Shown piece by piece: positions 1 through 10,076 of a stretch of 64,000 bases of DNA. The notes below the pieces were generated by a model. The model saw only the letters and a list, made by a program, of their open reading frames with translations, searched no databases and was not told the DNA's origin. The DNA is from Candidatus Undinarchaeota archaeon (GTDB taxonomy: Archaea; SpSt-1190; JASMDC01), in NCBI GenBank assembly GCA_964519305.1, contig CAZFHY010000015.1:32001-96000 (forward strand). Direction: 5' to 3'. A program made the position numbers and the translations under genes. Numbering within the stretch: position 1 is the first letter of the stretch; each line of letters starts with the position of its first letter.

Positions 1-2315
1 ATGATCTCGAGCAGCATATAGTTCGAGCGCGGGGGCGAGGTGCTCTGGAAGGTGGCCACCACGCTCCAGGTACCCGCGTCCGGATTGTACGTGGCCGCCA
101 CGGCGTCCGGCCGCAGCTCCTCTAGGGAGAGGATGAGGTCCTCGGGCTTGAGGTCGCCCACAGGCTCGCCAGCGCTGTTGCGGACCGCGAGCTCCAAACG
201 GAGGGCCACACCCAGATTGAGGTCGGCGGCATCGATGCGGCCGGGCGAGGCGCGCAGCACCTCGATGGTGAGCTCCCGTGAGTCCGATGGGTAGAGCACG
301 GACACGGACCGTCGCACGGCTGCCATATTATCGCGATGGTAGACCTCCATCACCGCATCGTACGTGCCCGGTGGCAGACGGCCTTCCACGGGTAGCGATA
401 GCTGCCACGTGGTACCGGAAACGTCCACCGTTGCGTTCTGTGGTGCCAGGAAGCCCACCCGTCCCCGTGCGCCGACATCGACAGCGGCGGAGGTGTCCAG
501 AGGGTCCCCTTCACGACGCAGGATGCCGCTCCACACGATATTGGCACCTTCAAGCACGGACGAAGCGTCGATCTCGCGGGGCTCAACCTCGCGGGCGTCG
601 AACTCCAGCACTGTCGCGATGCATCCCTCGGGAGTGCAGGTCTGACCGGGATCACAAGGGGAGACTGGGCCTTTCTCGTCAAGGCAAACGCAGTAGCCGT
701 CGCACACCTCGCCGGGGCCGATGCAGCCGAACACCTCGCTCCCACGTCGTGCCGTGCACGAGCCAGGGACCTGGACTATGATATACGGCGAACGGGTAGG
801 TTCCGGTCGGCACCCGTCGGGTGTGCACTGGTCCGTGGGTTGGCAGGCGTCAAGGGGCTCGCCCCCTTCATCGAAGCACAGACAAATTGGGATGGACACC
901 GACGAGGGTGAGCACTGCTGGCCGTTCCCTATGCACGGTAATGGTTCGCTATCCACAGAGAAAGAGCCGCGGGGGCACAATGACTCCATGGGCGAACGGA
1001 TGATGGGCTGCCATTCCCGGACCTCTATGGCCCGTGAAGCCATCCCTGTCAGCCTCCCGTGAGCGTACACCCGGGTCTGGACCACGTAGGTGCCCGCTTC
1101 GATCGTCTCGTCGAGTTTGAGCTCTCTTTCCCCGCACCCGTCCTCCCGGAGCACCTCAGCAAGCTCGTCGTCCAGTATGACGGTCTCGCATGCCTCACCG
1201 CTGCTCTGGATATTGACCACGAGCTCCTCACCCGGACGGTAGTCCTCCCTGTCGGTCACGATATCGGCAGGCTCGGCCGCCAGCCCTTCGAGCGTGACGG
1301 GCAACGCTACTCCGGCGCTCCCCTCAGAGGTCTTCGCGGTGACCTGAAGGAGGTACCGACCCGGATTCCACGCCGTTGAGGTCCCAAGGGCGATGCGCGT
1401 GCAGTTCTCGAACACCGCATGTGCCATCTCGCCGGTCCCCGGCAGCACCAGCGACACCGCGCACATCTCGAGTTCGTCATCCGACGCGACCACGGGCATC
1501 ACCGGTTCGCCCAGACGCACTACTAGCGCGTCAAGGGTGACGTTGAATGGGAACTGGGGCTCACCGACCCTGATGTCCGTCCGGGCAACCCCCGCGTCAC
1601 CGCCACCGAGCACGACCATCGCGACAGTGTAGGTTCCGGGCCTCAGCATAGGGGGGACGCCCAGGAAGAACGGTTCGCATCCCGGTGCGTCGGCGATGAC
1701 CAGCGGATCGTCGTCGCGGAAGAGGGCGCCGATGCACAGTGTGCCCGCTGCGGCGGGGAAGGCCACGGCGTCGCCGGCAACGAATGGACCTTCGGGCAGG
1801 ACTATGTCCGTGTTGGTGGTATCCTTTCGCAGCTTGAAACTGCTCGAGACCGGTGCGTCACGGAGGTCGGTAACGACCGTCTCGTGGGTCGGATAGCGGA
1901 GGAGCAGTTCCCTGCGAACGGCCGTGATGGCGGGCGAGAGGACGTACTGGAGCGGCTTGTGCTCGAGATTGAACGACACAGATACCTTACTGTCGCCGAG
2001 CTCAAGATCGTCGATGGAGAGCCCGCTCGGGGATACGACCGTGAAAACGACCTGACGCCGGGGCTCGTCGATGGCCGCAGTGCACGTGAGGGCCGAGGAG
2101 AGGACGGTGCATCGCCTCTCAAGCACGTCCTGCTGAGGGAGAGGACCCTCGTCACTGAACGAGTACGTGAGCGTGACGGTCGTGAGGGCCAGCGATGCCA
2201 CGTCCACTTCCTCCACGAGCGAGGGTATGGTGGCGCTTATGGCCGGTACCAGGAGGAGCCAGATGCAGAGCAAGAGCACGGGTACGCGCATCGTCAGGGT
2301 CGGTTCAGTGTCCAT
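1..2315 (-). CDS. Large secreted Cys-rich protein with Ig-like domains (partial, runs off left end, >770 aa)
   Basis: Not in ORF track. Manual translation from ATG 2315 (RBS AAGGAGG upstream) gives MDTEPTLTMRVPVLLLCIWLLLVPAISA (signal peptide) and an open frame through position 1. It contains repeated PGTY/PGRY/AGTY beta-strand motifs and two CxC...C..G..CTPxGC units. Confidence 0.85.
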   Translation of the reverse strand, partial: MDTEPTLTMRVPVLLLCIWLLLVPAISATIPSLVEEVDVASLALTTVTLTYSFSDEGPLPQQDVLERRCTVLSSALTCTAAIDEPRRQVVFTVVSPSGLSIDDLELGDSKVSVSFNLEHKPLQYVLSPAITAVRRELLLRYPTHETVVTDLRDAPVSSSFKLRKDTTNTDIVLPEGPFVAGDAVAFPAAAGTLCIGALFRDDDPLVIADAPGCEPFFLGVPPMLRPGTYTVAMVVLGGGDAGVARTDIRVGEPQFPFNVTLDALVVRLGEPVMPVVASDDELEMCAVSLVLPGTGEMAHAVFENCTRIALGTSTAWNPGRYLLQVTAKTSEGSAGVALPVTLEGLAAEPADIVTDREDYRPGEELVVNIQSSGEACETVILDDELAEVLREDGCGERELKLDETIEAGTYVVQTRVYAHGRLTGMASRAIEVREWQPIIRSPMESLCPRGSFSVDSEPLPCIGNGQQCSPSSVSIPICLCFDEGGEPLDACQPTDQCTPDGCRPEPTRSPYIIVQVPGSCTARRGSEVFGCIGPGEVCDGYCVCLDEKGPVSPCDPGQTCTPEGCIATVLEFDAREVEPREIDASSVLEGANIVWSGILRREGDPLDTSAAVDVGARGRVGFLAPQNATVDVSGTTWQLSLPVEGRLPPGTYDAVMEVYHRDNMAAVRRSVSVLYPSDSRELTIEVLRASPGRIDAADLNLGVALRLELAVRNSAGEPVGDLKPEDLILSLEELRPDAVAATYNPDAGTWSVVATFQSTSPPRSNYMLLEI

Positions 2316-2329
2316 CAGCTCTCCCTCCT

Positions 2330-5300
2330 TTATGTGATAGCGCACCCGCATGCGCAGTTCTCCTGTACCAGTTCGCAGGTTCGTGGGCTGAGACGGAACC
2401 GACATGTGGGAAGGCACTCCTCGCATACGACCTCACGGGTGCAGTTGCTGGTAGTGATGACCGTGGCGATGCGTCCCTCCTCCCCATCGAGGCTGATCAG
2501 GCCGACCTCGAGCTCGGCGAACGGATGGGCCGCGGGATCGACCAGTCTGTCGAGCCATGGACCGGCCCCGGGAGGAGAGGCCGATACCAGGAGCCTGTAG
2601 CGCTCACCAGCTACGGGGGTGAACGGAGGTGTCTCGAAGAGGCTGACCGCTTTGGGATCGAGGGTCAGATCCGGTTCCTGGACCTTCTCATCGAGGAAGG
2701 TCCCACTGTCGTCCACGGGCCGGAGGAGCAGCTCGCCTGTGAATGCCACGGGCTCGGGATTGCCCAGTTCGACATGACCCTTCACCGGTTCGGGTCGGTA
2801 GAGCCGGCTCGTGCGCACGCCCCGGGCGTCGGTGAAGTAGGCGTCTCTGAGAAGCAGTGATGGCCGGGCCACCTCCAGATAAGCGTGAGGGTAAAGGGAG
2901 GCCAGATGCGCCAGGTCCTCGCGGCACCATGATGTGAGGGAGCGGCCTGCGCACTCATTGAGCACCTCACCCTGCGATTGGAAGGTCGTTGTGAGGACGG
3001 AACCGTTAATGTCATGGAGCTCGGCACGCAGCGAGAGCACTTGTCCCGCCATCTCGTTCGTGATGTTGATTACGGGGGTCCTTATTGTATGGGCGCCGGG
3101 CTGGTCGATGGTCACTTCAATCAGCGAACCGTTCACAGGACCGTCGTTGTGCATTACGGTGAGATTGCCTGTGAGCGGGAACACGGTGGTCACGAGCGTC
3201 ACCTCACCCAAGGCGGTGGTCCCCGGGTAGGAGCGCGTGGTCCGCTCGCCCTGAGGTGTGACGAAGTGGACGTTGACGACCGTGAGGTTGTCCATGATGA
3301 ACACACCGTGGATGTCCCCCCTGTCGTAACCGAGCAGTTCTCCGTTGAACCGGACATCTGCAAAGGGGGCGAGAGTCAGGTTAGTGAAGCGAGCGTCCAC
3401 ACGGAACGGCTGGACTGGGATCACCCGCTCGGCGTCGGGTCGTAGAGAGCCGAGCCTGAGACCGGTGGCGACAGAGTGCTTGTACTCGTCACACGAGCAC
3501 GGGCACGTTTCACCGCGAACGCATGGAGGACATGTACAGTTGACCTGGACTTGGAACGCGAGAGACACGTTCCCGGAAACGGTCAGGAGCCCCTGGTTGC
3601 GCACACGGACGCTCGCGCGCAGCATCTCTCCCACGTACATGGCGCGCACCGGTTCCTCGCCGCGTAGGAAGGCCACCTCGACCTCGAGGTCGGGAGCGAG
3701 GGCGTGGCACATGCGCTGACACACCTCGGTGGAGTTCACTGCAAGACAACGCCCCATACAGTCCTTGATCGGTTCCTCGAGCTCCTCCTCCTCGGGGTTC
3801 TCTTCTTCCTCCTCCCCCTCATCCTCGATGGGAGCGTTCCTGCACTTGTCCACGCACCGCGCCTGGAGAGTACCGTTAGCGGGGAACTCCTCGAGACAGG
3901 CGATCTCACAGGTGAGCCCCTGGTCGATGCACTCCTGGGTTGCGGGCAGCTCCTCGAAGCCGTTGAAGCAGCACCATCCCGTGTCCGAGGAGGCGGTCTG
4001 GCACCGCTCGAAGTACGGTGCTGGGATGCCCTTGGCGTCGGGGACGCACTCATCGGTCCCGTTGGCCATCATGCTCGTGTAGTTCAGTGCCATGGTGACG
4101 TTGAACGTCCGGGCACAGCAGGCGAGAACAAGACGTCCGCTCTCCCGGGGCTCTGCTTCGCACGGGACATTGGTGGTGTGCCATGTGAGACCCTCCTCGC
4201 ACACGCACACGCCAGCCTGGGCATGGCAGTGGGACGCGGATGCACCGTGACAACGTCGGCACACCGAGGCACAGTCCATTCCCGGAGTAGTGTAGGTCAG
4301 GCAGGTACCGTCCTTTATGAACAGGCGTTCGGGATCCACGGTGGCCAGGACGTCCACGACCTCCTTCGCCGCGTTCTGGTAGACGTCGAGATTGGCGACC
4401 TCGATGTCCAATGGCAGGGCCGTTGCACGGCATGCCCCGCACTCGCCAGGCGGGCATGCATCGGGATATTCCTCTGGTGTCACCACGCGTCGCTGCGTCT
4501 CGTCGGTGTCGTTCCCCTCGGTACCGACTGGCGGTTTTCGCACGGCAGCGAGGAGCACGTACTTCCAGTCGCCAGCGTCTATATGGTTGGTAGTGACGTC
4601 GGTCACCTGTCCGTCCCAGGCATAGAACATCACCGTCGTCGGCTTGACTTGTCGGTTGACGAACACGACTATGTCCCCCTCGCCGTTCCCGTCGAAGTCC
4701 CCCCCGAGCATGAAGAACGGTACCTTGGTCTTGCACTGGTCCTCCAGGGAGCCGCAGTCGGCGTCCAGTGTGTCGGCGTTTCGGCGCTCTACCGTGCCGT
4801 CCCACCTGTAGAAGTTGACCTTGCCCTTGGCGGTGCGCACGGCCAACTCGGACTTGCCGTCACCATCGAAGTCGCCGGCGGTAACCACAGGGAAGTACTT
4901 GTCGATGAAATAGTAAGGCCAGGTGCGCTTGTGCTCTTTGAGCTCCCACTTCTTCCCGTCAGCACCCTTGGATGTGACCTTTCCGTTCCATTCGTAGAAC
5001 AGGAGCTTGTCACGCTTGTACACAACTGCAAGCTCGTCGCGACCGTCACCGTCGAAGTCCCCGGCGGTCGTCCCGAATAAGATGTCCCCCTCTTTCTCGA
5101 TCTGAAGGAAAGTGGCGTCCTTGACCTTGTCCCCTCCAGTCCATCGATAGAAGAATACGTGGTCGTCGGTGTGGTAGTTGATGGCCAGCTCGTCCGTACC
5201 GTCGCCGTCGAAGTCGCCAGCGGCCGTCCAGCGGATGTAGGGGTCCCACCCATCCGGCATACCCTCCAAGTACTCGCCAGAGCGCTCGTGGAAAGTGCCG

Positions 5301-7027
5301 TCCCAGCGATAGAACCAGATGTTGTCGTCGGTCTCGAAGTTGATAGCGAGCTCATCGCGGCCGTCGCCATCCACGTCCACGGCGACCATACCGGTGATCC
5401 TCGGCGTGCCCCAGGTCATCGGATCGAGGTGTCCACCCATCTTCTGGTGGACGGCTCCCTTGAACTTGTAGAACTTCACGTGGTCCTTTCTGAGCGAGAT
5501 AAGGGCCATGGTGTCGCCAGCGTCCCCCCCGTTCCCGGAGTTACCACTGCCCCCACCGCCCCCTCCGTTCCCCTCCTCCTCGGATTGAAGGAGGTATGCC
5601 CGTCGGGGCCGCAGGAGCGATTGATCGAGGTCATCGAGCCAGAACGGCTCGGTCATCCCGCTGAGCTCGACCTGTTCGGGTGGATCGGGATCTTCGTACA
5701 CAGGGTTCCCGTTAACCTCCCAGGTCTCACAGCAGTATGTGCAGTCATAGGCCACGCCCGTGTCGCCCTGACCGGGGCACTCCGAATCCCGACAGCCGAG
5801 CCCCGCGTCGTTGAACCCCATCCCGGCCACGAGCCACGCACCGCACGAGGGCATGCAGTTCCCGTCCTCCCAGCTGCAGTGGGGATCGCGACCGTTACAC
5901 TCCTCGGCGGTCTCATGCTTGCACACGCCTTCGGTCCCGTTCCCATCATCACCCGGCCCGGATGACTCGCCCCCCTTACGACCGAAGCACTTGCCGACAG
6001 CGAATCCCTCGCAGTACTCCTTCCATGGACCGTCTCCAGAGAGGAGCACGCCTTCGGCCTTCACACGGTGTCCACCCTTCCCGATGTCCTTGGGGACGGC
6101 GGGATCGGCCAGGACACCGATCATCTTCTTCAAGCGGGTCTGGAACTCGGTGATGTTGAGGCCGGCCGACTTGAACGTGGCATTGACCAGAGCAAGGAGT
6201 CCTTCCACCTCCTCTTTCAAAGGTTCGGTGGCCGTGCCGTTTGTAGTGCCGTTGCGCACCTTGCTCGTCATCTCGTCCATGGCCTGGACGAGCCCGGGGA
6301 GGAGGACCAGGAGGTTGTCCTCAAGGTAGGTGCGGAGCAAGGACGCTTCCTCTGCGAGCTCGCACACGTTCGCCTTGGAGCCGAGAGTGCAGGCGTCGTT
6401 CACCGCGCCCAACAGCCGGGCGCACTCGTACACACGGACCGGCAAGGGAAGACTGGAACGCTGCAGGAAACACGAACCACCGCTCTTGCAGGGGATGCCA
6501 TCACAGATCGGACAGGCCCCGGGTAACACGGTCTGGACACCGCTCCCGCACTGACCGGGGCACGCGGTCTTGGCCGCGTTCGCACAGGCAGAGGGATCAA
6601 CGGTGCCGTTTCCGACATCGGATAATGACCCCCCGCACTGGGAGTATCCCTTGGCGTCGAAGGCGCCCTTGGTGCGCTCACATACTTTACAGTGGGCGTC
6701 CAGGGCGTCCTGAGCGATCGCCAGATCGGTAGCAAGGGCCATGTAGAAGTCGTTGAACCGCCCATACACTTCTCGTCCGGCCTCCAAGTACTCGACGATG
6801 TTCTCGTAATGTCGTGGCTCGCACGAGAGCAGTGACATGTCCAGAGGTTCCACGGTACCCTCGACGGTCACACCCCCGGTGAGCGTGAACGGTGGCACTA
6901 GCACGCACATGTCGGGTGGGATACAACCTCCCGTGGTCGTGTTACTAGTGGCGACCGCAGGGCTCGCAAACACCATAAGGACAATTATTACCGTAAGCAG
7001 GTCGCGGCAACCATCCATGTCTGACAC
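2330..7027 (-). CDS. Secreted 1565-aa Cys-rich protein with FG-GAP/VCBS beta-propeller repeats and C-terminal Ig/CARDB-like domains
   Basis: N-terminal signal peptide (LLTVIIVLMVFASPAVA), five DxDG[DN]GxxE/D repeats, Cys-rich N-terminal and central regions, RNQG motif of CARDB-like folds. Start may be ATG 7018. Confidence 0.85.
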   Translation of the reverse strand: MSDMDGCRDLLTVIIVLMVFASPAVATSNTTTGGCIPPDMCVLVPPFTLTGGVTVEGTVEPLDMSLLSCEPRHYENIVEYLEAGREVYGRFNDFYMALATDLAIAQDALDAHCKVCERTKGAFDAKGYSQCGGSLSDVGNGTVDPSACANAAKTACPGQCGSGVQTVLPGACPICDGIPCKSGGSCFLQRSSLPLPVRVYECARLLGAVNDACTLGSKANVCELAEEASLLRTYLEDNLLVLLPGLVQAMDEMTSKVRNGTTNGTATEPLKEEVEGLLALVNATFKSAGLNITEFQTRLKKMIGVLADPAVPKDIGKGGHRVKAEGVLLSGDGPWKEYCEGFAVGKCFGRKGGESSGPGDDGNGTEGVCKHETAEECNGRDPHCSWEDGNCMPSCGAWLVAGMGFNDAGLGCRDSECPGQGDTGVAYDCTYCCETWEVNGNPVYEDPDPPEQVELSGMTEPFWLDDLDQSLLRPRRAYLLQSEEEGNGGGGGGSGNSGNGGDAGDTMALISLRKDHVKFYKFKGAVHQKMGGHLDPMTWGTPRITGMVAVDVDGDGRDELAINFETDDNIWFYRWDGTFHERSGEYLEGMPDGWDPYIRWTAAGDFDGDGTDELAINYHTDDHVFFYRWTGGDKVKDATFLQIEKEGDILFGTTAGDFDGDGRDELAVVYKRDKLLFYEWNGKVTSKGADGKKWELKEHKRTWPYYFIDKYFPVVTAGDFDGDGKSELAVRTAKGKVNFYRWDGTVERRNADTLDADCGSLEDQCKTKVPFFMLGGDFDGNGEGDIVVFVNRQVKPTTVMFYAWDGQVTDVTTNHIDAGDWKYVLLAAVRKPPVGTEGNDTDETQRRVVTPEEYPDACPPGECGACRATALPLDIEVANLDVYQNAAKEVVDVLATVDPERLFIKDGTCLTYTTPGMDCASVCRRCHGASASHCHAQAGVCVCEEGLTWHTTNVPCEAEPRESGRLVLACCARTFNVTMALNYTSMMANGTDECVPDAKGIPAPYFERCQTASSDTGWCCFNGFEELPATQECIDQGLTCEIACLEEFPANGTLQARCVDKCRNAPIEDEGEEEEENPEEEELEEPIKDCMGRCLAVNSTEVCQRMCHALAPDLEVEVAFLRGEEPVRAMYVGEMLRASVRVRNQGLLTVSGNVSLAFQVQVNCTCPPCVRGETCPCSCDEYKHSVATGLRLGSLRPDAERVIPVQPFRVDARFTNLTLAPFADVRFNGELLGYDRGDIHGVFIMDNLTVVNVHFVTPQGERTTRSYPGTTALGEVTLVTTVFPLTGNLTVMHNDGPVNGSLIEVTIDQPGAHTIRTPVINITNEMAGQVLSLRAELHDINGSVLTTTFQSQGEVLNECAGRSLTSWCREDLAHLASLYPHAYLEVARPSLLLRDAYFTDARGVRTSRLYRPEPVKGHVELGNPEPVAFTGELLLRPVDDSGTFLDEKVQEPDLTLDPKAVSLFETPPFTPVAGERYRLLVSASPPGAGPWLDRLVDPAAHPFAELEVGLISLDGEEGRIATVITTSNCTREVVCEECLPTCRFRLSPRTCELVQENCACGCAIT
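4670..5390 (-). repeat. Five FG-GAP-like coding repeats
   Basis: VDVDGDGRDELAI, GDFDGDGTDELAI, GDFDGDGRDELAV, GDFDGDGKSELAV and GDFDGNGEGDIVV, each followed by FY(R/E/A)W(D/T/N)G. Confidence 0.85.
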
Positions 7028-7253
7028 CGTCGGAGAGGCCCACCCATGAGTGAGCTGTTTTGGGTCTGTATCGTCCCAGTTTTATATAATGTTCTTGGAA
7101 CGCCCGTGGGACGGGTGAAACACCCGTTGTTCTTTCGACGCTACTGTATGGGGGAGTTCTGTCCTTTCTGGTCTGATCTGACGGTTATTTCGGCCGGATG
7201 AACGTTCATAGGCAGATAACAACGTGATAGTCATCCACGAACAGGGAGTGCTC

Positions 7254-8243
7254 TCAACCTACGACCAGCACGATACCGATTACCGTGGTCACGACACCGC
7301 CGAACAACCTCAAGCTCGCGGTCTCGCCCAGGGCGATCGATATCAGCGCCGTGAATATCGGGCTTGATGCGGTTATTGAGGAGATAACTCCACCATCGGC
7401 AAGGGCGAGCCCCTTGTATGTGAGGATCGAACCGGCTACCGAGCCCACGACGCCCCCAATGCTGAGCAGGACAAGCCGTCGGCCGCTCAGGAGATCGATG
7501 TTTGATCTCATGTTCTTCGTCATACCGTTGATGACAAGCATAAAGACGAAACCTCCGGCCAGGCGGTAGAGGTTGAGGACCTCGGGACGTACCATGTCGA
7601 CCACGGTCTTGAAGATGGCGATGCCTACCGCCCAGCACACCGCTGCCCCCAGGGAGAGAGCTATGCCCAGTCCGAAATTAGAATGTATGAAGTCATCCTT
7701 CGTCAGGACGGATGTCGTGGCACGAAGGCGTTTGAGCATGTAAGCAGGGCGCAGGGCACGGCCCAGACCGAAACCGTATCGCTGATGCTCTTCAGAAGGT
7801 CGGTAGATCGTCCCCTCCTCGCTGCGTGATGTTGATACCAGGTAGATCCCCATCATCACCAGGGTAATCCCGAGGAGGGTCTGCATCATGATGGACTCGC
7901 CCAGGATGAGCATGACGAAGAGCGGGTACACTGAGCTGATGCTCACAGCCCTGGACACACCGATCGCACCGATCGCCCGTATGAGCAGGGTGTCGGCGAT
8001 AGCGAGATTGACCACGCCGCCCACGAGGATGAGAGCTACATTCGTGTTACTGACGGCAAGCACCTCGCCAGCGAACGGTGACATAGTGACAAGGAGCGCA
8101 AGGACCGTAAGGGGTGCTATCAAGCGCACGAGGCTGGCGAATGGTGACGGTAGGTCCTTGGCACCCCGCTCGAAGAACACAGGGCCCATCGCGAAGCATA
8201 GAGCTGCCCCGAACGCGTAGAATACGCCCTCGCTAAGTGACAT
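7254..8243 (-). CDS. DMT/EamA family transporter
   Basis: Two EamA halves (AALCFA...GVSRAVSISSVYPLF...LGE; AAVCWA...SITASSPIFTALISIALGE), about 10 TM helices, long central loop. Confidence 0.9.
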   Translation of the reverse strand: MSLSEGVFYAFGAALCFAMGPVFFERGAKDLPSPFASLVRLIAPLTVLALLVTMSPFAGEVLAVSNTNVALILVGGVVNLAIADTLLIRAIGAIGVSRAVSISSVYPLFVMLILGESIMMQTLLGITLVMMGIYLVSTSRSEEGTIYRPSEEHQRYGFGLGRALRPAYMLKRLRATTSVLTKDDFIHSNFGLGIALSLGAAVCWAVGIAIFKTVVDMVRPEVLNLYRLAGGFVFMLVINGMTKNMRSNIDLLSGRRLVLLSIGGVVGSVAGSILTYKGLALADGGVISSITASSPIFTALISIALGETASLRLFGGVVTTVIGIVLVVG

Positions 8244-8313
8244 AATCCTGCCTCGCAGGTGATGGCAAACATTCAGCGCTACTTAAGGATTGGGTTGGGG
8301 TGAACGGACCGGA

Positions 8314-9969
8314 TTATGCTCCCGAGTAGAGCACATCGCCCGCTTGCTCACCCAGCTCGTCCCGACCGTCATGGTTGTCGTACGCGACCTTACCGTTCAC
8401 GAGCACGTAGTCGATACCCTCCGGGTGCTGGCACGGGTCCTCGAAGGTGGCGGTGTCCTTGAGGTCCTGATAGTCGAAGACAGTGATGTCGGCGCGCTTG
8501 CCTACCTCGATGGAACCGCGCTCTTCCTCTATGCCTAGTGCCTCTGCCGGCCGGTACGTCATCATCTGGACCGCTTCGGGCAAGGTAAGGACACCTTCGT
8601 CACGGGTGTACTTGGCCAGCACGCGGGGGAAGCTCCCATAAAGACGTGGGTGGGGTTTGCCCATGATCAGGCCGTCCGTGGCGATGGTCTGGTAGGGCAG
8701 CTGCATGAACTTGGCCTTGTTCTCCTCGCTCATGGAATGTGCTACCATCGACACGCCCATATCCTCGTCCTTTAGGAGGTCGAACACGTAGTGGAATGCT
8801 TGACGTGATGTCGGATCTATGCCCTTCTCCCGACAGATTTCGGCAACGCTCTTGCCCACATCGCCCTGATATGGGCTGCCGTCGTGGACCGAGGAGACGT
8901 AGATGCCCTCCCATCCCCCGTTCGAGAACTTGTAGAAGTTGTCCCAGTCACAGGGGCCCGGGGCCAGGATGTCGTCGATCATCTGCTCCCGCTGCTGGTC
9001 GTCGGCCAGACGCTTCACCGTCTCCTTCGAGCCACCATCGTGTGCCCAGGGAGGCAGCACTGCACCGAGCATAGTGGACCCAGCGGTGTAGGGGTACATA
9101 TCACTTGTGACGTTCACCCCTTCATCACGGTACTTATCGATGAGCTCGATCATCTCATCGGCCTTGGCCCAGTTTGGCAGACCAGCGGCCTTGAGGTGTG
9201 ATACATGGACATGGACACCGGTCTTCTTACCGACCTCCAGCACTTCCTTGAGTGAATCCACAACGTAATCGCTCTCGTTGCGGATGTGGACCATGAAGAT
9301 ACCGTCGTGCTTGGCGACCGTGGAGCACAGCGCTTCCACCTCCGGTGTGTCGGCATAACACGCGGGCGGGTAGATCAGACCTGTGGAGAGCCCATAGGCG
9401 CCAGATTGTAGAGATTCCTCCAAGACGTCCTGCATCTCTCGAAGCTCATTGGGCGAGGGCTGCTTATCCTCGGCCCCGATGACGTACTCGCGCAAGGTGG
9501 AGTGCCCTACCAACGAGGCCACGTTCGTAGCGGTATGGGCGTCAACGGAATCAAGGTACTCACCGAACTCGTTCCAGGTCCATGCGTTGCGGTCGATGGT
9601 GCCGTTGAGACCGGCCATTTTCTGTACCAATGCGTCCTTGTCGTTCTCTAGGACCGGGGCAACTGAGAGACCATCCTGGCCAGTGACCTGTGTCGTGACG
9701 CCCTGCTTGAGCTTGGGGGCATCACCTCGGTTCAATCCCTCAGGAGAGGGCGAGAACACCATGAGGTCCGAGTGAGAATGCATGTCGATGAATCCCGGGG
9801 CTACGTAGGCGCCATCGGCATCGATGATCCGGTCCGCGGATTGACTGTCCAGGTCGCCGATGGCCGTGATGATGCCGTCCTTGACTGCGACGTCAGCACT
9901 ATAAGGATCGCCACCGCGCCCGTCGACGATGGTACCGTCGCGGATGATCAGGTCGTATTCAGGATCCAT
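8314..9969 (-). CDS. N-acyl-D-amino-acid deacylase (D-aminoacylase, amidohydrolase superfamily)
   Basis: YDLIIRDGTIVDG, PGFIDMHSHSD, QGVTT, GLSTGLIYPP, HIRNE, HVSHLK, DMYPYTAGST, PHPRLYGSFPRVL, GKRADITVFD. Confidence 0.93.
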   Translation of the reverse strand: MDPEYDLIIRDGTIVDGRGGDPYSADVAVKDGIITAIGDLDSQSADRIIDADGAYVAPGFIDMHSHSDLMVFSPSPEGLNRGDAPKLKQGVTTQVTGQDGLSVAPVLENDKDALVQKMAGLNGTIDRNAWTWNEFGEYLDSVDAHTATNVASLVGHSTLREYVIGAEDKQPSPNELREMQDVLEESLQSGAYGLSTGLIYPPACYADTPEVEALCSTVAKHDGIFMVHIRNESDYVVDSLKEVLEVGKKTGVHVHVSHLKAAGLPNWAKADEMIELIDKYRDEGVNVTSDMYPYTAGSTMLGAVLPPWAHDGGSKETVKRLADDQQREQMIDDILAPGPCDWDNFYKFSNGGWEGIYVSSVHDGSPYQGDVGKSVAEICREKGIDPTSRQAFHYVFDLLKDEDMGVSMVAHSMSEENKAKFMQLPYQTIATDGLIMGKPHPRLYGSFPRVLAKYTRDEGVLTLPEAVQMMTYRPAEALGIEEERGSIEVGKRADITVFDYQDLKDTATFEDPCQHPEGIDYVLVNGKVAYDNHDGRDELGEQAGDVLYSGA

Positions 9970-10002
9970 CCTATTTGTCCAGAGATAAGTGGGGGGAGGA
10001 GG

Positions 10003-10054
10003 TATATAAACCTTCCCTTTTTGTCACTACTCACAAGGAGTAACATATTTATAT
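10003..10054. promoter_or_regulatory. Divergent TATA promoters flanking a 22-bp imperfect palindrome (site 1, 10023-10044)
   Basis: Minus strand AAAAGGGAAGGTTTATATAC for the deacylase. Plus strand TTTATAT about 25 bp before TTG 10077. GTCACTACTCACAAGGAGTAAC lies between them. Confidence 0.7.
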
Positions 10055-10076
10055 CAGTGGTGCCTACAATACTCCG

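Noticed and set aside
3704-5965. Long plus-strand ORFs (458 aa, 268 aa) and similar shadows such as 12471..13370, 43751..44794 and 61898..63016
   Set aside because: Antisense to well-supported genes; expected in high-GC coding DNA; no motifs.
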